Below are positions 55,213 to 62,251 of a DNA stretch of 62,251 nt, piece after piece; position 1 is the stretch's first letter, and every line of letters starts with the position of its first letter. The notes beneath the pieces were generated by a model. It saw nothing but the letters and a program-made list of their open reading frames with translations. It made no database searches and was not told the origin of the DNA. Position numbers and translations under genes: made by a program. This stretch comes from a virus (taxonomy: Duplodnaviria; Caudoviricetes), in the IMG/VR virus record IMGVR_UViG_3300047409_000596, positions 1 through 62,251 of that record. The stretch is one strand, 5' to 3'.

Positions 55213-55284
55213 CCGACTACTGGCCTTGCCTTTGCCTTGGCAAGTCGATAGGATGGATCGTTGCCCCTTCTCATGGAGACGATC

Positions 55285-55512
55285 ATGCCATCCATCCGCC
55301 GCGAGGGCAAGGTTACGACGGCCTTCGACTTCGACCTCATTCTGCGCGACCGCTTGCTCGCCTTTGCTGGCGAGCGAGGAACCACCCTCACGCATGAGCT
55401 ACACGAGGCGGTTCGGCGTCATCTCGCCTACCCGCCGCCCGCGTCTGTGCCGGCCCCGCTGGACGACGCGCCGCGCCCGCGAGCACGCAAGAAGGTGGCC
55501 AAGAAATCTTGA
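55285..55512 (+). CDS. Ribbon-helix-helix DNA-binding protein
   Basis: VTTAFDFD..LRDRL..FA.ERG.TL..EL.EAVRRHL. Confidence 0.6.
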   Translation: MPSIRREGKVTTAFDFDLILRDRLLAFAGERGTTLTHELHEAVRRHLAYPPPASVPAPLDDAPRPRARKKVAKKS

Positions 55513-55763
55513 ACAATCTTCCCGGATTGCCTTGACAATGCCAAGGCATGTGGTAGATAGAGGTGTAAGGACGTCCGATCCTTACGCGACACCAAATGGG
55601 AGACGAACGATGCAACGAATCATCAGACTGTGGCGGTGCTGGGTATGCGGGACTGAAAACCCCGGCACCCAGAATGCCTGCCAGTGCGGCAAGTCACGCT
55701 AACCCCCCCCCGGCCCCGCCGCGCTCTCACCCGGGCGGGGCCGATTTCGGGCAGGAGAGGAGC

Positions 55764-56525
55764 ATGAACACGACCGCCGAGGCTGGCCTGCTGCATGCGA
55801 TCATTGACGAGCGCGCGGACGACGGGTTGCGGCTCTTCCTGGCCGATCTCCTGGAAGAGCGGGGCGACCCGCGCGGCACGTTCATCCGGACACAGGTCGA
55901 GCTGGCAAAGGCACCAGCTTGCCTGGGCCTCCGACGGGCAGGACATCAGCGACCATGCCGCTTGTGCCAGCCCTTCGAGGCCCTCCGCCGTCGCGAGCGG
56001 GAGTTGGAAACGAACATCGCCGGACTAGGCCAGCCGATCCCCGGCTACATCTCGGCCCTGTCGTTGGAGGGCGAGCATGTTCTCTTCGACATGCGTGGCA
56101 AAGAGGTGGGGCGGTTCGTCTTCCGCCGCGGTTTTGTCGCCGAGATCACCTGCACGTTGGAGGGCTGGTGCGGGACGGAGTGCCCCAACTGTGGCAATGG
56201 CAGGTGGATCGCGACAGCCAGGTGCCCTCGCTGCCACGGCGCCGGCCGCGTCAACGCCCACGGCCCGGCCCTCGTGCAGCACTGTCCGCTGGAGTGCGTG
56301 ACGTTGACGGACAAAAAGCCGCACTGCCACACGTCGCCGGGCCATGTTTTCTTTCGCTACTACATCGGCGACGAGGGTGTCGATGAACTGCCTGAAGATC
56401 TGTGGCACCTGATGCACGACGGCCGTAGCGACTGGCACCAGCCAACGGCTGAAGCACTCAATGTCCAGCTCTCCTCTGCCCTGCTCGCCTGGGCGCGGGC
56501 CCAGCCCGTCCCCGCTCTCGCCTGA
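55764..56525 (+). CDS. TIGR02996 (repeat-companion) domain protein with Zn-finger inserts
   Basis: LLHAIIDERADDGLRLFLADLLEERGDPRGTFIRTQVEL; FRRGFV; GGAG RBS. Confidence 0.85.
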   Translation: MNTTAEAGLLHAIIDERADDGLRLFLADLLEERGDPRGTFIRTQVELAKAPACLGLRRAGHQRPCRLCQPFEALRRRERELETNIAGLGQPIPGYISALSLEGEHVLFDMRGKEVGRFVFRRGFVAEITCTLEGWCGTECPNCGNGRWIATARCPRCHGAGRVNAHGPALVQHCPLECVTLTDKKPHCHTSPGHVFFRYYIGDEGVDELPEDLWHLMHDGRSDWHQPTAEALNVQLSSALLAWARAQPVPALA

Positions 56526-56656
56526 TCTCTCCTTCTTTGCCCCGCAAAGCTTGCCCCCGCCGCGCAAACAAACCGGGGCCGGCCCGCCAGGGATGGACTG
56601 GCGAGACACGGCCCCGGCGGCAACCGACGCTCTTACGGTCGGTGCCCCTCGATCTG

Positions 56657-56902
56657 CTACGGTTTCCGCTTCGGCGCGGCGGACGGCATCGGGCCGGGCG
56701 GGATCGGATTGGCGGGGTCGCTGGCGATCCCCTCCAGCCGCGTGGCCACGGCGTCCAGCGAACCCTTCACGGCGTCGACGTCGGCCTGGCTCATGCCGGT
56801 GCCGATCTGGTCGCGGAGACTCTTGACGACACCGGCCAGGGCGGTCGTGTCGTCGTCGATCTTCTTCAGGGCGTCAGTCAATGCTTGTGGAACGGCCATC
56901 AT
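56657..56902 (-). CDS. Small coiled-coil protein
   Basis: GAGG RBS; last gene of the leftward operon. Confidence 0.6.
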   Translation of the reverse strand: MMAVPQALTDALKKIDDDTTALAGVVKSLRDQIGTGMSQADVDAVKGSLDAVATRLEGIASDPANPIPPGPMPSAAPKRKP

Positions 56903-57307
56903 TCACCTCTCTGTTGATGTGAGCGAAATCATGCGGGCGGCTTAGCCGATTCCTTCCAGTTTGACGGCGTGGTCTTGCAGCTGCTTCGTGACCGCGGCGA
57001 GGTCCGCGGACGTGGCGCCGCTGCCGCGGAAGCGGGAGAGCACGTCAAGCAGCTCTTCCGCTCGTTGCTCGCGGATAACGTGTGCCGTCCGTTCGGCGGC
57101 AAGGGCGGTCTTGAACGCTTCCAGGGCCGCCAGCACGTCGTCCAGGGTCGGATTACTCAAGAGACACCCCCTCTCGGAAACGGCCAAAGGCTAAGTTGTC
57201 GCGCCGCTCGGAGTACCCTCCTCTCCGATTCACCGTCTAACCCCGTGGGATTCGCAGCCCGTGGTGTCGGGCCCGCGGGAGACCACGGCGCGGCACTCGC
57301 GCCCGTT

Positions 57308-57637
57308 TCACGGCTGGCTGAGAGAAGCCACCAGTCCCGGCAGGCCGGTCCCGGCAGCCGGCGCCGGCACCGCCGCGGCCGGAGACTGCGGGCTGCCCCA
57401 GGACGGGTCCTGAAGCGCCGCCAGCAGGGCCGCGTAGAAAATCTTGTGCGCTCCCCACTGGACCGCGACCAGGGCGGCAAGCTGAGCGTCCTTGAAAGTC
57501 GGATCGAGTGACGACGTCGGCAGCGAAAACGCCTGTACGATCCCGGCGGCCAGCGTGGCGGCGGCCAGATGCAGGGACTCGCGGGCCGGCAGGTCGGCAT
57601 TACTCGGGGCCGGTGGAACCGCTGGAGTCGGAGCCAT
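57308..57637 (-). CDS. Hypothetical protein
   Basis: GAGGTG RBS. Confidence 0.55.
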   Translation of the reverse strand: MAPTPAVPPAPSNADLPARESLHLAAATLAAGIVQAFSLPTSSLDPTFKDAQLAALVAVQWGAHKIFYAALLAALQDPSWGSPQSPAAAVPAPAAGTGLPGLVASLSQP

Positions 57638-57641
57638 TGAA

Positions 57642-58328
57642 TCACCTCTTGGTTATTGGACGAAGATAGACGACCGGAACATAGACTCGGACATATCGAG
57701 TCAGGCGCGGGTGCCAGACGGCGTACTGCTGATAGCCGGTGGGTGGCAGGCTCGCGGCGGGCGGCATGATCGGGGGAGCGGACCCGCCAGGCAGGGTGAT
57801 GGGGGGAGCCGATCCTTTCGGCAGTGTGATCGGCGGTGCGGACCCGCCGGGAAGTGTGATCGGGGGGGCACTGCCCGGTGGCAAGACGATCGGCGGCGCG
57901 GACCCGCCGGGAATTACCGGCGGCGTATTGGGATCTATCCCCCCCCCACCGTCGATGATGATCGGTGGCCCCGGCGGACAGCCAGGCGCAGGCGGCGCCA
58001 CCTGGAGAGCGTGCAGCCTGTCGATGATGAGCTTCTGGTTGGCGAGTATGTTCTGCAACATCGCCACGATCGCCGGGTCAGGGCCGACAGGCGCGGCAGG
58101 TGCCTGGAAAATCTGCGGCGAGGGCTGAACAACGATCGGTGCAGGCGCAGGTGCCGGGCGGACGACGATAACGCGACACGTCGGGACGACACCAGTCTTG
58201 CCCTGAATCCACGCGACCTCCTCGCCCACCGCCGGGCGTCGCGCCGGCGGCTGCGCCGGGAACACCAGGGACGGCAGGGCCAACGTGGCAGTCACCACGA
58301 CCAGCAGCAGACAGTTTCCATATTTCAT
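57642..58328 (-). CDS. Secreted Pro-rich repeat protein
   Basis: Signal-peptide-like N-terminus; about five PPIxLPxGSA repeats; GGGAGG RBS. Confidence 0.7.
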   Translation of the reverse strand: MKYGNCLLLVVVTATLALPSLVFPAQPPARRPAVGEEVAWIQGKTGVVPTCRVIVVRPAPAPAPIVVQPSPQIFQAPAAPVGPDPAIVAMLQNILANQKLIIDRLHALQVAPPAPGCPPGPPIIIDGGGGIDPNTPPVIPGGSAPPIVLPPGSAPPITLPGGSAPPITLPKGSAPPITLPGGSAPPIMPPAASLPPTGYQQYAVWHPRLTRYVRVYVPVVYLRPITKR

Positions 58329-58340
58329 TGCTGACCTCCC

Positions 58341-58359
58341 CGGCTCCACACTGGAGCCG
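58341..58359 (-). promoter_or_regulatory. SECIS-like hairpin after UGA-CGC-UAA
   Basis: CGGCUCCA-GUG-UGGAGCCG; loop G lies 21 nt after UGA. Confidence 0.45.
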
Positions 58360-58371
58360 TGTTTGTTAGCG

Positions 58372-59043
58372 TCATGTTCCGCCCGGAGCGCATCCGGGCG
58401 GTGCCGAATACCTGGGTTGTGGCGACGGGGTGTATTGTTGCGGCGGCGGAGTCCTGATAAAGGACAGAATGGCGTCGTGTGAGACATACATACCGCGCTG
58501 CTGGTCGTTTACCTCGTATCCCTGTACTACCCCGATCAACTGCCCCTGTTCGTCAATCAGGCCCCCCCCGCTGCGCCCGTGCCACGGTTTTTCGGCCGTG
58601 TAGATGGTTTTGCCCTGGATACTCACGATAGTTGCCATCTTCATTTTTGGGGGTAATTCCATGTCGTCATATCCCACCGACAAGCAACGCCTGGAGTGCA
58701 GGCTGCTCGGTGGGGCAATCGGGCACACGTAAGGAAGCGGTCCCGCGCTGATGTGGATGAGCGCCAGGTCAAGCCGGTAATCCACCGCTACCACGGTCGG
58801 CTGCACCCTCTGCACATGCACGGTCGGTGCCACGGTGGGTACGTCCAGTCTGATCGGCTTGTGTCTGTTTCCGCCCTCGAATGCGTGCGCGCAGGTGAGG
58901 ATGTAGGTGCTGCCAGCAGCGGTCTGCACGACAGTCCCACTAGCCCCGTGTGACTTGATGCGCAGGACTGCGTGCTGCGCGTACTGCGCCTGGCACGGAG
59001 CGGCGAACAACAACGCCAGAAAACCGACCAGCAACCTCAGCAT
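58372..59043 (-). CDS. Secreted trypsin-like serine protease
   Basis: Signal peptide; LTCAH, DLALI, GRSGGGL catalytic triad. Confidence 0.9.
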   Translation of the reverse strand: MLRLLVGFLALLFAAPCQAQYAQHAVLRIKSHGASGTVVQTAAGSTYILTCAHAFEGGNRHKPIRLDVPTVAPTVHVQRVQPTVVAVDYRLDLALIHISAGPLPYVCPIAPPSSLHSRRCLSVGYDDMELPPKMKMATIVSIQGKTIYTAEKPWHGRSGGGLIDEQGQLIGVVQGYEVNDQQRGMYVSHDAILSFIRTPPPQQYTPSPQPRYSAPPGCAPGGT

Positions 59044-59550
59044 CTATTTGACCCCTTTGAGCAGGTGTTCGGCTACCCTGGCCGACGCCTTGTGACCGTA
59101 GAGCGTGCCTGTGTGGAGCGGCCCGCCGATGTCCGAGACGGCGTGAATGCAGTTGAGTGCCCACGGTCGCGAGGCACCGTCCAGTACCTTGTACATCACG
59201 TATCCGCTGTCGAGAATCGCAGCCTGACTCCTGGCGACCTTGAACGTCTCGGCGTCGATCGCATACGGCCCGTAGGTCGTCACGGTCGCCCCCTGGCGCC
59301 GTGCTTCGTCCAGCGTCTCGGCCTCCCCCCGGTTGCGACCCGGTACGGCGCCGCCGAACAGTCGCCACCTGTCCCTCGGTCCCCAGCTAATACAGATTCT
59401 CTGGCCGGGGCCAGCGAAGACGGCCCAGGTGTGCGAGTGTCCCGGCCGGTGCTCGCCCTTCTGGTAGCCGTACACGGTCATCGTGTAGGCTTGCGCCCGC
59501 GCGACGGCGGGAACCAATGCTATGCCAGCCAACAGGAGTATTGATCTCAT
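59044..59550 (-). CDS. Secreted protein, possible permuted papain-like/NlpC-type hydrolase
   Basis: Signal peptide; SHTWA...ISW...Y...NCIHAV (His...Cys order). Confidence 0.5.
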   Translation of the reverse strand: MRSILLLAGIALVPAVARAQAYTMTVYGYQKGEHRPGHSHTWAVFAGPGQRICISWGPRDRWRLFGGAVPGRNRGEAETLDEARRQGATVTTYGPYAIDAETFKVARSQAAILDSGYVMYKVLDGASRPWALNCIHAVSDIGGPLHTGTLYGHKASARVAEHLLKGVK

Positions 59551-59693
59551 GTCCTTACTCCGGGCGATGGTCGATTTGTAAAAGTCGCCGCACCGCTCAA
59601 CCGACTCGCACGGTTGATACACCTCTGTCCCGCGGGATTCGCAGCCCCGGTGGTATCAGGCCTGCGGGAGGCCACGGCGCGGCCGTTCCTCGC

Positions 59694-60824
59694 TCAGTCC
59701 AGGGGCGATTCGTCAAGGGCGGCCTCCCCGGTCGAATTCGCCGGGGCGTACACGTCAAGCTTACTCCCGAGCGGAATGTCCACGGGGGCGGCGAACGACA
59801 CCGTGCTGCCCCTCCTGACCGCCCTGATAAACGTCTTCTCGGGAAACAGTGGGGTGAGAGGAAGCGGACCCACGTCAGCGACGCATTTCTGCTGCCCGAC
59901 GTCCCAGTGCTGGCCCGCGGGGCAGACGGGAAGCGGAGGGTCGATCGGAGGGACGGTCCCTCCCCCCACCTTCTGGAGGTCCGCCCGGAGCGTCGCGACG
60001 TCGACCCCCGAAGGCGCCAGCTTGTCGGACCCGTACCAGTCGGGGGCGAGAAGGGCGTAGCACTCCTCCAGCCACTCCGTCGACTGGAACGCCGCCCAAG
60101 TGATCGTGTAAATGCGACCCCAGGAACTGATCTGCACGCCCTGTGCGTTGTAACCGACGCCGAATACCAGATGCCCCCCGACGATCTGCGTGTTGGTCAC
60201 GTCCCAGACCGCGGCCGACGTCCAGGCGTTGGGCAAATTGATGCCAATTTCCAGACCGCCGAACAGGTAGATCGACGCCTGGACCAGTGTCTTGTTGCGC
60301 CAGTTGCAGTTGATGTACCCGTCGATCTTGTGGGGCACCCCACCGAACGGCAAGCCATTGGCCCGCATGTAGTCGAGTACGTCGGTGATAACGCAGCCGT
60401 TGTCGCCCGGCCCGCAGATCGTCTGGTAAGAGGAGTAGACCTCGCTGTCGGAACCGAGGACGGGACTCCCGGCGTCGTTGCCGGACCACAGCCCTACCGC
60501 GTGGTACTTGCCGGCGATGACGCAATCGCCGTACTGGTCGTTGAGATACATCCTCGACAGGGCCGCCATCGCCTTGGCGGCGTAGTCCACCGAGGGCGGT
60601 GGCGGTGAGGCGGCAAGAGCCTCGGCGCTGAGGTAGTTGGACAGGGCCAGGGCGAGCGGGCGGGCCTTGGGGCGGATGCGCCCCAGCCTCACCGTCTCGG
60701 GCAGGGAGGGCAACAGTCCGGCGGACAGGAGGTGCGGGGCAATCCCGGTCAGGGCGGATCCGGTCAAGGTGATGGTTGGGACGCTCACTGGGGTGTAGCC
60801 TCTTTCCAGGGCGATGACAGACAC
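59694..60824 (-). CDS. Papain-like cysteine peptidase (endolysin candidate)
   Basis: NDQYGDCV (Cys), GGH..F.VGY (His), SWG. Confidence 0.75.
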   Translation of the reverse strand: MSVIALERGYTPVSVPTITLTGSALTGIAPHLLSAGLLPSLPETVRLGRIRPKARPLALALSNYLSAEALAASPPPPSVDYAAKAMAALSRMYLNDQYGDCVIAGKYHAVGLWSGNDAGSPVLGSDSEVYSSYQTICGPGDNGCVITDVLDYMRANGLPFGGVPHKIDGYINCNWRNKTLVQASIYLFGGLEIGINLPNAWTSAAVWDVTNTQIVGGHLVFGVGYNAQGVQISSWGRIYTITWAAFQSTEWLEECYALLAPDWYGSDKLAPSGVDVATLRADLQKVGGGTVPPIDPPLPVCPAGQHWDVGQQKCVADVGPLPLTPLFPEKTFIRAVRRGSTVSFAAPVDIPLGSKLDVYAPANSTGEAALDESPLD

Positions 60825-60974
60825 TCAGAAGCCGATGGGGACGTGCCCAAGGACGACGAGCACGATGATGAGCACCAGTCCCAGAATGCTGACGGGACCG
60901 TTGCCCCAGCTCTCTCGCTGGGAGAAGCCGCCGCACAGGAGCAGGATCAGGAGGATGAGGAGAATCAGGCCCAT
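60825..60974 (-). CDS. DUF3309-like small membrane protein
   Basis: MGLILLILLILLLCGG...WG.GP...LGLVLIIVLV (49 aa, below the ORF-track cutoff). Confidence 0.7.
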   Translation of the reverse strand: MGLILLILLILLLCGGFSQRESWGNGPVSILGLVLIIVLVVLGHVPIGF

Positions 60975-60978
60975 GAGA

Positions 60979-61185
60979 TCACCTCGGGTTGACGATGATG
61001 GGCGCCGGACCCGGAGAAAGGGCGCCGAACACGAACAGTCCGAGAATCAGAACGGCGAGCCACGGAATCAGGCAGTAGGTTCCGAACCACACCGGATTGG
61101 CGTTGGGGCCGCTGTACGTCGCATAGCCTCCTCCGAAGATCCAGAATAGCATTAAAAATACCCAAACTACCAGCCATACGCTCAT
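60979..61185 (-). CDS. Small two-TM membrane protein
   Basis: GAGG RBS; two hydrophobic helices. Confidence 0.65.
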   Translation of the reverse strand: MSVWLVVWVFLMLFWIFGGGYATYSGPNANPVWFGTYCLIPWLAVLILGLFVFGALSPGPAPIIVNPR

Positions 61186-61291
61186 CACACACCTCTCTAC
61201 TTGTTCCGTCTCCGCCACACCAGCCACAACGCCACGGACACCGCGACCACCTCCAGCGAGCACACCACCAGGGCAAACGCGACGGGGAAGC

Positions 61292-61588
61292 TCATGGACT
61301 CGTCTTGCTCTCCGATGCCGACACGTCTCCAACCCGAATGCTGGACGAGTCGGCGCTTTTGGAGGGTGCCATGATTGCCGCGGCTTTGAGCTGAGTACGG
61401 CTTTTGAGGTAATGAACCACCACCAGGGCGTTGGCGATCAGGGCCCCGAGGGCCGTCGCTCCCTTCGTCAGGGCGTCCTGCGCCGGCTCACTGCCGCTGC
61501 CCGCGTTGGCGAACAGGAACACGGAGACGAACTGCACGAGCAGCGTTACCCAGAATTCTGTCGACCGGGCGCCGCTCTTGACTTCCAT
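61292..61588 (-). CDS. Holin-like protein
   Basis: KSGARSTEFW motif, two TM segments, Y..SR..LK. Confidence 0.65.
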   Translation of the reverse strand: MEVKSGARSTEFWVTLLVQFVSVFLFANAGSGSEPAQDALTKGATALGALIANALVVVHYLKSRTQLKAAAIMAPSKSADSSSIRVGDVSASESKTSP

Positions 61589-61597
61589 CTGTGGACC

Positions 61598-62251
61598 TCA
61601 GTGAGCCTTGATGGCGATCGTAACGACGATGGCGGCAATGGCTACCAGAAGGCCAACCGCCCCGATACAGGCTGCGATGATGGACACGACATGCGTGCTC
61701 GATTCCTGGCCCCGCTTCTCGCTCGTGTCCCTGCCCAGTCCCATCGCCTCCATCCGCGTCAATCGCTCCTTGGTGTCGTTGAACTTGTCGCCGAGGCCCC
61801 GCGTTTCGGTCTGGATCAGCTGACCCATCGCTTCGATCTGCTTATTGAAGCCGTCCTCCGCTTTCGCGGTCGCGGCGCCAAACGCCTCGTTCTGCTTTTG
61901 CACCGCTTTTTCAGCAGCTTGCAGGGCCGCGTCCACGGCGACCTTGGTAGCGATGGCGGTTTCCTTGACCCGGTCATCCCGCAGCGAAAACTCCGTCTGA
62001 ACCGCGTCAAACTTCACCTGGAGTGTCTTGAAGGTTTCGTACACCAGTTCCTTGAGGAGGGCTATCTGCTTCGCGGTATTCTCGGGAAAGTGGTCAATGA
62101 TCTTCTCGAACAGCAAGTGCAGTTTGTCCACGCCGTCCAAGCGAGATTCGATCTTCTCCTGAGAAGCTTTCAGCTCGCGCCGCAGCATCTCCACCGCAGC
62201 CGCAACAGCCTGATTGGTCAGGGTCGTTGGGTCGGGTACGGGTCGCCAACC
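61598..62251 (-). CDS. Coiled-coil protein with C-terminal TM anchor (5' end runs off the window)
   Basis: AVDAAL.AAEKAV.K..EA...A..KAE heptads; frame open to the window end. Confidence 0.7.
   Translation of the reverse strand, partial: GWRPVPDPTTLTNQAVAAAVEMLRRELKASQEKIESRLDGVDKLHLLFEKIIDHFPENTAKQIALLKELVYETFKTLQVKFDAVQTEFSLRDDRVKETAIATKVAVDAALQAAEKAVQKQNEAFGAATAKAEDGFNKQIEAMGQLIQTETRGLGDKFNDTKERLTRMEAMGLGRDTSEKRGQESSTHVVSIIAACIGAVGLLVAIAAIVVTIAIKAH

Larger units (their letters stand above)
1..62251. mobile_element. Near-complete temperate tailed phage genome, probably circularly permuted and not integrated; probable Planctomycetota host
   Basis: Terminase-portal-protease-capsid-neck-tail order; integrase, repressor, helicase and SSAP present; no host housekeeping genes; both window ends lie in minus-strand late or lysis-type genes; TIGR02996-like gene. 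Confidence 0.9.

Noticed and set aside
10161-59043. Genome-wide UGA reassignment (alternative genetic code)
   Set aside because: Many genes end in TGA with ATGA or TGATG coupling to the next gene, so UGA is normally a stop; only two sites show read-through features.

Overview
The whole window reads as one near-complete, circularly permuted temperate tailed phage (siphovirus-like, HK97-type head). A Planctomycetota (Gemmataceae-like) host is likely, mainly from a TIGR02996-like domain. Minus strand from ~35.1 kb leftwards: terminases, a 1.2k-aa portal fusion, a 1.4k-aa prohead-protease fusion, two major capsid genes, neck and tail genes with a G/GT -1 frameshift, a short tape measure, tail and receptor-binding genes and a sugar-modification cluster. 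The late/lysis genes appear to continue from position ~112 round to 62251-56657. 35-51.6 kb holds the early, replication and DNA-modification genes. 51.6-56.5 kb holds a bidirectional promoter, repressor, cassette array, xis, integrase and an apparently intact attP. Main unexplained signals: (1) a complete tRNA-Gly(UCC) cloverleaf with CCA written in-frame into the first codons of a Mom-family adenine-modification gene; (2) two UGA codons in Cys-like contexts, each followed by a SECIS-like hairpin (candidate phage selenoproteins); (3) portal and protease proteins carrying repeat-delimited cargo (GNAT, AAA+); (4) two further tRNA-shaped RNAs with no anticodon loop. All family calls are by eye from motifs; no database searches were run.
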